A DNA stretch of 33,546 nt, taken from NCBI RefSeq assembly GCF_000181795.1, contig NW_003526941.1, forward strand, positions 6,943,051 to 6,976,596, given 5' to 3'. This document shows, in pieces, positions 11,447-22,479 of the stretch. The notes beneath the pieces were generated by a model. That model worked only from the letters and a program-made list of their open reading frames with translations. It was not told where the DNA came from and did not search any database. Source of the stretch: Trichinella spiralis. Lineage: Eukaryota. The translations under genes and the position numbers were made by a program. Position 1 is the first letter of the stretch. Each line of letters opens with the position of its first letter.

Positions 11447-12966
11447 TTCATGAACAGAATGTTGTAAATTTACTAAACGAATTGAACGTTAAGAATTGAT
11501 TTTACACTATACAAGATATTTAATAGATAGATTACAGTATGTGTATATTTATTTATTTAGATTGTCAAGTGTTAACAGAAAAAAATTGTTTCTTTTTTAT
11601 CATGTTGAATTTGTTCAGAATTTTTTGTTCTACAATAAAATATTTGAAAAATGCAAAATGACGTCGTTTTAAGTTGCCCATTATTTCTAATTTCCACTCA
11701 TTCGATTCGAATGTACAAAACAGTTGACATAGTTTTATTGTAGCGTGCATATGATTTTCATGTAGCTTTCACGTAGTGAGTGCCTTTTGTTGTATTGCAG
11801 AAAATTATTCTCGTTTATTTCTGTTCGAACAACTGTTATTCTACTATTATGAGGCGGCGAACAGAATTAAATATTGATGTTTTAATAATATTGTAAAATG
11901 ACACTTGCCTTGGTTAATATTTGTTCTTTGGATCTGAGATTGAAAAAGCGGAGTCTGTTATCTGTTTAAATTTGGTGAAATTGATTTAACTTTGTAATTG
12001 TAATTTTAATAATTATCATGTTCGTGTTGTTTGTTTTCCATTGCTCGTGTCGTGCTTTTTCATTTTCAGTTCTTAGGTTAGCAGAATAAGCTAAAAGTAT
12101 TATAGGTAGCAAGTGTCAGTATAATTTCGATTATGTTGATGTAGTTTTGAAATTACTTTGTTGTTTGAGAGTGAAATTTTACTTGCGCTGTTTGATTTGA
12201 TTTCAAAAATTTCCAAAAGTGAAATAAATGAATAAGAATGTACGTGATTCGTTTGATGATGATGAGTCAGGTTTTCTGACGTTTTCTCTCTGATGATCAC
12301 GTTGTTGTTTCCCTGGAAGACAGTTGGGAAATATTTTTCCTTTGTAATAGCATTTCAAAGACTAGATTTGTGTGTAAAGTTTATTTTTATGGGAATAAAA
12401 TCATTTGAAAGAAAATAAAAACATTTTAGCTACAATTATAAACCGGAGCAACAAAATTTATTCTCAAAGAAGTTCATTTACCTTGCTGGTAAAACTGGAA
12501 TTTCGAATTTCTCGAGGGAAAATTTAAATGTCATGTAATTCCATTTAAACAGGTTGCTGTTTCGTTCATGCACTATCCGTCTGCCGATCAAACTATTTCA
12601 CAATTTGCGTTCACTGATTTTTCGCAAAATTATGTGACAGAATAATGTTTTGTACATGTCAATTTTAACACTGACACATCGTTTACCACTATCTGAAGAC
12701 ATTTTAAATTAATATTCACATTTTAACAATGAATTCTACTTCGTACATGACAATAAGAATGCAGTGTTGTTGTATTTTCATATAAATTTACATAGAAATG
12801 GCACATTAAAAATCACGCAGTGAAAACAAATTATCCAACAGTAGGATAAACGGGTAAATTTCTGCAGTAAAATTTATTCACCGGGTCAAGTATGCAAGTC
12901 GTATTAATTATTGAATTGACAAAGGGGAGTAAGTGAGTGAGTGTGAAAATTAATTGTTCCGGGCTA

Positions 12967-14104
12967 TTAGTGGATTGGGGGAAAGTCGAATAGATCTGGA
13001 AATTGTTGGTTGCCATTTGAGAGGCGCAAAAAAGGTTGACGTGGACGAAACATTCCACCCTGGGCTCCTTCTCGTATTCCATTTCGATTTGGCAAGAATG
13101 TTCCAGCAATTTCTTTAACTGAATAAAATTGAATTGTCAAATTTTATAACAGACGACGAACTGATGATCAATTTACTGATATTTCCAAAATTCGGACCGC
13201 TATTTTCCATTTCGCCGTCGCTTTCCAAATTTCTGCAGCACATACCCCGATCGCACGTATATCCACTGCTGCACCGACGACCACTTTCGCAAGTACCCAC
13301 GGCGGCAGAGCCGTCGGGACATTTATCCCAATTGGAAGCTGCAAGTGGTGTCTGTCAATTGCAATGTGAATAATAAATTATTTGAATTAATTGTTCTACT
13401 TGATGGTTTTCCTGGCATTGGACCAATTCCACCAAAAGTTTGGCTACACATCTCCGCAGTGACACACGGAGAAGTGGGATCGTTGCTCTCCAGACGATAA
13501 TAGCCGGGTCGGCATTCGCATCCCGGTGCACATCGAGAATTACCACAATAAGGAGGGTTGGTCATTGTCGCACAACTGGCCGGGCATTCCGATTTGCACT
13601 GAGTCCACCGTTCTTCTGGGGCGCAGTTTTCTAATTGATCAATTTCGTACAATGAATTGAAATGGATTTCGAAAATGGTTGCTTATTTTTGCTAGTTTAT
13701 TTATCTGTTTATTACCATTGTTGTTGAAATTTCCGCTTCCACCGTTGAAATGTTGACCACCACCATTTGACAAGCATTCTCTGAACGTAACGCAAGGGGA
13801 AGATGGATCTTGACTGTGCAGTCGGACGAATCCTTGACGGCACATGCAGCCGGGTTCACAGTGTCCTGTCGATCTACATCTCGGAGGATTGTCAATATTG
13901 TCACAACCGACTGGACAATCTTTCACACATCGAGTGAAATATTCGTTTTCAGAACAGTGGACTGAAAAAGTCGCCATTAAAAGAACAAACCGAAATCCAG
14001 ACCAAACACTTCCTGTACTTACTGTAAGCTTGGGTTGAATGGGGAACGTTGGTGATAACCGAAAGCGCCAATATAACACCCAAGAAGTGGACGATCATGT
14101 TCAT
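12967..14104 (-). CDS. Secreted protein with two trypsin-inhibitor-like (TIL) domains and a nematode CC/lustrin-type Cys module; ~290 aa
   Basis: Exons 14104-14023, 13961-13716, 13630-13400, 13338-13177, 13118-12967 (all phase-1 introns, 873 nt). Signal peptide MNMIVHFLGVILALSVITNVPHSTQA. Two 10-Cys TIL domains (CSENEYFTRCVKDCPVGC..CEPGCMCRQGFVR..CVTFREC; CAPEERWTQCKSECPASC..CAPGCECRPGYYR..CVTAEMC). Then CPDGSAAVGTCESGRRCSSGYTCDRGMCC. Confidence 0.88.
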
Positions 14105-14329
14105 TGTGATCGTTGAGATGATCGGTCCGACCGTATACAACCAGCACCAAGCACGTCGGCTGCTTGTTCAAAGTAGACGAGTATGAGTATTCGTTGTCCG
14201 ATGAAAAGTGGCATATCGACAACGACGACGCCAGTTCCTGTTTTGGGAAATTATTCCGGGCAACCTAATTTAATGTACGCATCAGGCGACATACCCTGCA
14301 GCGTTCTATCTCCCACGCTTTTTTCAGAG

Positions 14330-17300
14330 GCGTTTTTTTCGCTTCTTACCTTTTTTTTCTGCATAAACCAATATGAGTAGTAAGAGTAAGTTTTCACTTG
14401 ATCGGTTGGGGGTTTTTCATCCCAGATTCCAAGTTGACAAACTCTACTTTACGATACTGCTAACAGCGTGTAGTGTAGTTTGGAATAGAAAAAGAAAAAA
14501 ATTAATGATAAATAATTTCAGTTGTGCTTGTTGTTGACAGAAAATGTCTCTGCACAAACTCTTCAATTAATTATTTTGTTTTGTTTGTAAAATTCATTTT
14601 ACCTCTCATACAATCGACATTTGTTGAAAAAGCAATTCAGATTATTCAAATTAATTGATCAATTGTACATTCGCTTTGATTTTTCATACTCGATTTTGCC
14701 ATTTTATCTGTAATACTGATGAATGTGGTTTTATCGTCTCTGGTATTATGATACGTAATAATTTTTCATCAATTATTCCACATTTTACTTTGAAAATACT
14801 CCCTGTACAGTTCTGATTTGTAGTGGTAAAATTTTACAATTTTCTTTACTGTGAGAGATATTTGAAGCAGGTCTTGGGCAGACTTTTTCGACTGAAATTT
14901 CCTACTAAACGATGTACTTTATTGTACAAATTGGAATATATGAACACGAAATAAGCAGATGAATATCTAACTGACTAACCGACAATTTCTCCCAATCAAA
15001 CCACGATAAAGTACACTACTCGATGAGTTCCATGTTTCTGTATGCCGTTATCTGAGAATATTTTCTAATATTGTTGACATAGTACAGCGCAGTAGTTGGT
15101 AAAGTAATGAATGCGAAAGCGCGTGATGATAGTATAAGAAATTTGATATATTGTGATTCGAGGGTGAACAACAGTTTTGTACAGGTTTTTTAAAAATTTT
15201 ATTCAACGAAATTTAAAAAAGAAATAAATTGAACTTAATAATATACAATTATAATTTCAATAATGGTTATATTGTTATTGAAAATAAAAAATTGTAATTG
15301 TTAATTTTTTCTTTTACAAATTTGTCTCTGTGGATAACGTTTTCGGTTCTGTAGGAGCTTTCAATTGCTTAGAATACCTTGCTCGACGTCGCTTCTGAAA
15401 TCATTTACAATGTAATATTTTATCTGAATATCCAATTACTATTAGTAATACTAATATTAGCAAAGAGGAAAGTTCCAATAATTCTAGCTTATCCCTTGAC
15501 AGCTTCATAATTATAATTTTACTTTTTCGCACCTGATATATTTTTGTTTAACTTGATAAAACTTACCTGTTCAATATTTTATAATAATTAACTGTTATGT
15601 AATTGGAGGTAAATTTATTCATTTTGGAAAATTAATGTGATAAATTGACAATGTAAAAGATGCTTACTCGATGGCGGCGCACTGCTTTTCCACTTAGGTA
15701 AAGGAAAGCCACTGCCACTAATGAACAAATGGCAATTACCATAGTTACATAGGAATTTGATAGCGTTATTGCAATTTCCTCGAGTGTGCTGACAGCTGAA
15801 ATGATACTAATTAATTAATGTAATTTAATGTGCAATTTTCTACAATCAAATTTTTCTACCCTCTTCGCATAATGTGCCTTTGAAGCCATGTGCACAAAGG
15901 CATTGGAAGTGTGTTTCACTTAAAACTGCACAACAGCCACCGTTTTTGCAAGAATTCTTCTTGCACAAGCCAGTATCTAAGAAAGTACAAGAATGTTAGT
16001 TGTTGTATTGATTTGAATGGGCAAAGGGAGTTCAGTTATGCACTTTATTGTTGTTTTATTACTGAATTACGCGACAAATCTTTGATAATATTCAAATGCA
16101 CGACAATATATTGTTAATCAGGGTAAATTGCAATTGTTATTTGTTTTGTGGAATATAATTAAATTTATAAGAAATTTTCACTTACGGCTTTCGCAAAATT
16201 TGCCTGTGTAAACTGGGCTACACACGCAGATGTGTTTACCGTCCACAAGCGAACAATTTCCTCCATTTAAACATTCTTTGCCGTTGTTGCAGGTGATTTC
16301 AGCTAAAAGTATCAACTTTGCAGTAACAAATAGATGATTCATTTTATGCATCGAATTCATTTGTATTGTTATTATCAAGAATTTGAAGTTAGGGCAAAAT
16401 TAAGGTAAAAATGAATTCAAAAGTTTGTATAGTTCTTGTCTAATTTTAGTAATTTATTGTCGCTCTTATTAACAGATAAATCCTGTTGCTTCCAATTTGA
16501 ATAGAATTTTTTACAACATTGCAGTATAATATTATTGTGTCTGGAAATACGTTTCAAAACATGAATATTATTGTTTTAAACTTTTGTCAAATGCAATAAA
16601 AAATGCCATATTGAAAACAGACAATAAATGGCCCTGCATGTGGAATTTTTAGCAATTACTTACGTATAGTGCAGTTTACGCCTTGAAAATCCGATGTGCA
16701 AGAACAAATATATGAACTTCCCGCATTGAAGCACTGTCCACCATTTTGGCATATATTTGGATGGTCTTCACAGAATGTGTACCCTACAATGAATTGCCAA
16801 GCTTTGCATATATTATTTACATTTACAATGGTAAAAATGTATATTAATTATTGATATTAATTAACAACAACAGTAGAAATAATTGTGAATTTCAGAAATG
16901 GATTATTATTTTTTATGTTTTTTCTACCAATTCTGTATTGATCTTTTCAGTAAATTCAGCTTAACTTTCGGGAATAAAATTACAAACATTATTGAGATTG
17001 TAGTCATTTGTGTAATAATCATTTCTAATTGCAAATTACCAAAATGTAGGAGGACATTTAAGTAAACTGTTTTACGTAGTTTTACCTCAATGATACGTTA
17101 CATTTTGTGTGAATTAGAAATAGTATTTATAATTAACTCAATTCTCACTTTTTTCGCATAATGTTCCATGATGACTGTCATCACATTCGCAAAAATAACC
17201 AGCCTCAGTTTTAATTATCGTCCCACCATTTTTTGTACATGTTTCATTATGTTCCATTATGGTTTTGTTGGAGTTGATAAAAAAATCTTTGCAATCAGTT

Positions 17301-18943
17301 TGCAATCCTTCTTCAATAGAAAAGCAGCATTTGTATCTTTCTTGTGTACAGTCCACTTCGACATTTTCGAATGCTTTTACGACTTTATACCGTTCTCTTG
17401 TGTATGGACCGCAAGTTGTACTTTTTGCAGACCACTCTGACCACTCTATGTTTGAACAAGGACAGTCGCATATTTCTCCATAATCACGTTCAGGGCATTC
17501 TTTTCCATACGGTATTTCGGCTTCTTGGTGACGTACATAAGTGTATTCTCGGCATATGTTTTCATTTGGTGGAAATGTACATTGTTCAATTCTTTCGTCT
17601 ATACAGTTTTTGTAACTTGCAGATACGCAAGCGAAATACTCGCAGTTGTCAGCTGAACAATTCAATACCGGAGTAGCAAATTTATATTCATTAGTTTCAC
17701 TTTGTATTTTCATGCATCTGCACATTGAGTGTAATCCCATCCTGTATTCATTGCCGGATTCAGAAAAACTGTAATTTTGCCACCACGGATGGATAATTTC
17801 ATGTGGAACACCTAACATTTGTTTATAACCATAATAATAGTTTATGCATCGATCCATGTGAGTAGTCGATATTTCATCTGAACTTCGATTGAAGAAAATC
17901 GCCGTGTTCGTGTAGCACGCATGCGGTTTCTTTGTTTTCCAAAGTTCGTGATACCTGGGTACGTTTTTTTCATGCCTAGTCCTGCCTACTTCCGTTCCAG
18001 AATGCACTGTTATTTCTTTTTCTGGATATTTATAGTACTGGTGATAGCCAATTGCGTCTTCATTTAAATAAGATAGCAGTTGACCATTTTTGAAATGATA
18101 TTTGCAAAAGTTGACCATTTTTCCGAGCAGAGTGTTGTCGCCTTTTGTTTCTGGCATGTTTTTTGTAGTTTTTAATTCTTTGGAAAGTACGAATGTTGTG
18201 CAGTGGTTGACATCTCTTCTTCCACCTCTGTACACATCTGGATACGTATCGGCTGGGCAAGAAGAAGAAGAATTACTCAGGGCTTTCTGAGCGTTGAAGC
18301 AAAGGAGAAAAATCAGCAAAACTTCGAATGTCTGAAAATTGAAAATCACAAAAATAAATCATGATGCTCATATTAATGTTTCTGTTGGGCGAACAGAACT
18401 GGCTGAGAAAATTCATATCATGTGTATTGAAGAAATATTTAAGTGTAAAAAAATATTCTTTAATTCATAGGTTTTTCTAGAAAATGAGAACTGAAATGAA
18501 AAAATGATTACCATTTCAGGAAAGCTTTCTCAATTTTTTCCCCAATTCACGGCCTGTTCTAGAGAAAACTGTCAAATACTGTTGTTCTTGTCATTTGCTG
18601 CCAATTTTATGCACCGAAGAATTTTAAAATAATATTTTAAAGGCATTTACGTTTAAATTACTGACATGTTTAAATTTTCTTGATGATTCTTGTGTTTTTA
18701 TTTAAACAAAATATTGTTATCAATTTTGATATACCTTTAATATGGAGTATTTATTATAATTATGAATAGAGTTTCATGTTCATAAATCACATACATCAAA
18801 ATATTAAAATTAAAATTAAAACTTGAAATTTATAGCTTTTATAGAAAATTGCCACATGAATATATGATCTGTGTTCGATACGTGAAACTATTTCTAATAT
18901 TGCACTTTCCGTTTTTCATTTTATTTTGAAATCCTATTGAACC
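14330..18943 (+). repeat. Segmental direct duplication, copy A (~4.6 kb)
   Basis: Aligns by eye along its whole length with 22480-27119, from gcg(t/c)ttttttcgctt..ttacc to ..attgaacc; offset ~8.15-8.18 kb. Confidence 0.95.
15314..18514 (-). CDS. Type I membrane protein, paralogue A: signal peptide, divergent C-type-lectin-like region, TSP1-like repeats, 4 EGF-like repeats, TM, short basic tail ending ETNL; ~582 aa
   Basis: Exons 18514-18512 (ATG only, GAAATG|GTAATC), 18331-17149, 16783-16664, 16302-16186, 15976-15860, 15795-15668, 15394-15314 (1749 nt, phases consistent). Signal MTFEVLLIFLLCFNAQKALS. TSP1 WSEWSAKSTTCGPYTRER. EGFs e.g. CEDHPNICQNGGQCFNAGSSYICSCTSDFQGVNC and CNNGKECLNGGNCSLVDGKHICVCSPVYTGKFC. 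TM YVTMVIAICSLVAVAFLYLSG. Tail KAVRRHRKRRRARYSKQLKAPTEPKTLSTETNL. The first and last exons and the lectin assignment are less certain. Confidence 0.85.
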
Positions 18944-19773
18944 CATTTTTTGGAAAATCAAACAGCTGAAACTTGGCTTGATGTTTTTGATGAACACTGG
19001 AATGCCACTACATTTGAATTGGCAATAAGGGAAATCATGCATTTCTTTTTTGAGTATTTCATCGTCAAGTTCTTAGTTCTGGAAGTGATCCGATTGATTT
19101 ATCAATCTATTTGGCATGCAATGTTAACGAATATTTTCTATAACGCCATCTGCTGTATATACTTATTTAGAGGAATTTTTATAGTTAATTATTAATGACT
19201 AATTATTCAGTGTTCACTGCTTTTGTGAATCACTTAACAATTGCGACAAGGATAAAAAGTGGATACTCTATTTCTAAAGAGATTTCAAAAAGATCAGTTT
19301 TGAAAAAAATGTTTTTATTATGTGTTTTCTAATTTTTCAAGAAAATAATTTTGCAATATTTCAAATCAACAGCATATTCTGCGTTCAGCTGACACTGATA
19401 TTCAAATGAGCAAGTGCGGTTCAACTGAAGGCGGCAATTCTGCTTGAAACTAAATCGCTAAAACATCTATAAACGGTTATACATAAACATTCATATAAAT
19501 CGTAATAACACAACAGAAATGGAAAGTTATTTAAATTAACGATGATCAAGAAGTTTCTAATAAGCATTCATGACTCAAAGGGGAATTGTTTGTTCTAGAT
19601 TGTGCGTAGAATACTTCATTAAATTTCAATGAAATCGTAATAACTTTCAGCAGTTAGCAAAGTTTACTAAAATGTTTCTGTGCCATTACGCTATAACTGA
19701 TCGGAAATGAATTTGCATCCCCAAACGCATGATCATATTATTCTAATTCCTTAAACTTGACCTAGTTTTCAAA

Positions 19774-20190
19774 ATGTCATCTTCAAGGTTATTCATAGTC
19801 TTCATAGCAATATGTGTGAAAAACATCGGCCAAGAAGCGCGATACGGATTCCTCTTCGATATCATCGATAGTTAAGTGGTAAGTCAGTTTTACAATTGTA
19901 CTAACGTTCATTGTATGTATCACTACAGAGAATATGATAATTTCAAATTAAGGGGTTTCAGTTTCGCTGACTACCCTTCAGATCACCTACACTGCCTGCG
20001 TATATAATAATCGTTATACAATCAACTATCCATACACATGAACGCCGCGTTGCACTACGTAGAAAACTAATTGAAATCACAATTCAGAAAATGCGCCTAC
20101 CTTATAACATAGTAAAGTTGCCCATCGGTAGCTTCCTCGAAATGGAACTAGGATCCGTGATTTTCAGAGAACGTAACATTTCTGACATTT
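19774..20190 (+). pseudogene. Possible decayed multi-exon gene for a small secreted protein
   Basis: Textbook intron 19879-19928 (G|GTAAGT..TACTAAC..CTACAG). The upstream ATG at 19774 is out of frame with a signal-peptide-like LFIVFIAICVKNIG. All frames contain stops. Confidence 0.3.
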
Positions 20191-21342
20191 GAGTAAACAA
20201 TACTTTCAAACTGAGCTGCCTTGTGCAATAATATACTTCTTTGAGCAATCGAATTTTCCATCATTTTCAGTCTGTTTAGAGTAATTTTTTGAAAGTTGTT
20301 TCAGAACAAGCTGAAATGGTAATAAATCGTTCACGATAATTATTTTCTAATATTTTATCTTTTTAAAATGCTTGATTGGAATGAATTTTCAACATTATCT
20401 TCCTTCAACAAGAATTAACGCCTGAATGTCATCATTTGTAACAAGTAGTTCATCATTTGCATTATTCAATTAGCTTTTTATTGATACCAAACATGTGCTT
20501 TTTTGAATTCTATTTCACTTTTCAACTGTTGCTATGTGCCGCATGTGAAAATGTATTTTTTAATGTCGGAGTTTGCGATAACAATTCCATGAAATTTTAA
20601 CAAACGTGAATAAATTAAGAATTGATCACAACTAAATGTCTCCATTCATGCTGTTTTTCCCAATCGTTTGGGAAATAAATTTTAATGTTCAGTAAATGCA
20701 ATGGAATGGTCCTTGGAAAATGCAGGGAATTATTCCCTGCATTTGTAACACTTGTAGACAGTAGAGCTTGGGATAAATGTTCATAAATTTTGAATAATAA
20801 GCAATCGATGATTTTTTGAGAATTTTCATAAAACTACTGGTTAAGAAGTTTGACATTTATGAAAAAAATAAATGCAATGATGCACAAATGCAGGCAAAAT
20901 TTGCATTCCTATCTGTTCATTTTGGCCAATTCTCATTTCAAAAGTGCAATTAATCAAAGGAATTATGTTTCAAAAATTTTAAGGATTAATGATTCTGTGA
21001 GCGTTAAAGAAAAGTCAGGAACAAATTTTGTTTGAATAATAAACTTCTCTTCGCTCAATTCATTATACTTTTCCCGTAAATCTTCACAGAAGCATTTTTC
21101 TTTCATATGTATATATTCTGTATATTTTATGTCTTTTCTTTTTATTCCCACTGATAGCCTCATTTTTCTGCCATTCCTCTTTTCCGCATAATGTTGAAGA
21201 AGTTTTTGTCGCAATTTCTAGTTTTTATTGAATGTTTGATGTTCACAATGATGAATGATAGTGTTATGTTGAGTTTCAGGGGAAACTGCCGGATAGTTGT
21301 GGAATAAATGCCTATAAAGTTAGCGAATTGCACTACAAACAA

Positions 21343-21409
21343 TTAACCTCCGGAAGACCAAAATATTCTTTGTCTATCCGATGACTTAGCCGGGTCAATT
21401 TTGACCCGG
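21343..21409. mobile_element. piggyBac-like terminal remnant
   Basis: TTAA-CCTCC.. at 21343 followed by the palindrome CCGGGTCAA-TT-TTGACCCGG (21390-21409), resembling the TTAA target site plus subterminal GGGTCAA..TTGACCC palindrome of piggyBac-type ends. No partner end found. Confidence 0.45.
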
Positions 21410-22479
21410 GTGAGCAGCGAGCATTTTGGAGCTTTCATTTCATTTATTTAATTAACTTAATGCTTCCTTTTGTTTGACATGCTATTTCTGAATTGAATTT
21501 AGCAATTTAGAAATTTATTCGATCATTAGATATCATTTATCTTGATCACTAATGCATAGAGTTGTTGAATCACTGATTTCAGTTGTATCAGCTCACTTTT
21601 ATTGCAATTCCAGTGACGTTTCACCCTTTACTGGTTCTTCACATAGTAAAGTTTCATTTAAAGGTTGATTTTGCCATTATACGTGTTTTCTTCATATTTG
21701 GCTTGCTAAAATTTGCCCACAATTTTCTGATTAGCTGTTCATTGATAGGTTGTACGGTGCTCGTCAGTAATTGGCTGATGAAATGTGCAATTTCATTAGT
21801 TACTCAATTTTGATAAGCAATTGGACGAATGTCTAGTAATATTTGATTAGTTACTTAACTCTGTTCAATGATTGGGTGATTATTTTTCATCAAAGCTTTC
21901 CCCAATATATAGTGCATTACAGCTTAATTACCTTATAGCTCGGTTGCAGTAGCTTGTTGCAATATTTTACATGTTTGTTTAATCTGATTTTGCTTTATTT
22001 ACATTTATAAGGAGCATCAGGTGTTTAAATCAACATTCAAAAAGAAATTCATTTACAATGCATATTATTATATGAACGTTGAATACAAACGTAATAACTT
22101 TTATAATTAGTAAAATTTTCGATTGTATTGACGTCATTCTGCTATTAGGACATAACGTGCGGTGATTTCAACTAGGCTAAACTAACTATTCTAATTTCTT
22201 GGATATGATCGTGAACCAATTTCGAGAATGTCATCCTCATGGTTATTTAGTTAAGCAATGCATTGATCAGCAGTCAAGAAGCGCGTTGAGCTCTTTTCCT
22301 CAATACCATTTTCAGTTAGACGGTAAGTGATATTTCATTCCTGAGCTTCTGTTCTATTCATAAATGGTTCACATCAAGCAACCTGTTAATCACAAATGGA
22401 GGGTGAACAATATGGTGCAATTTTAATGTACTGAAGAATCCTTGAGAAACTTGCTGAATAATTATTGAACCCTGGCAGT

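Noticed and set aside
17138..18349. Treating the 403-aa ORFs (also 25314-26525) as complete single-exon genes or as Notch/Delta ligands
   Set aside because: They start at a GTG inside an intron and end just past a donor site; further EGF, TM and tail exons follow, and no DSL, LNR or ankyrin motifs are visible.
18950..19195. 81-aa hydrophobic ORF at the right breakpoint of copy A
   Set aside because: TTG start, no recognisable domain or splice support.
20963..21342. Short minus-strand ORFs in the spacer
   Set aside because: Lys-rich AT-biased translations without motifs or consistent splice structure.
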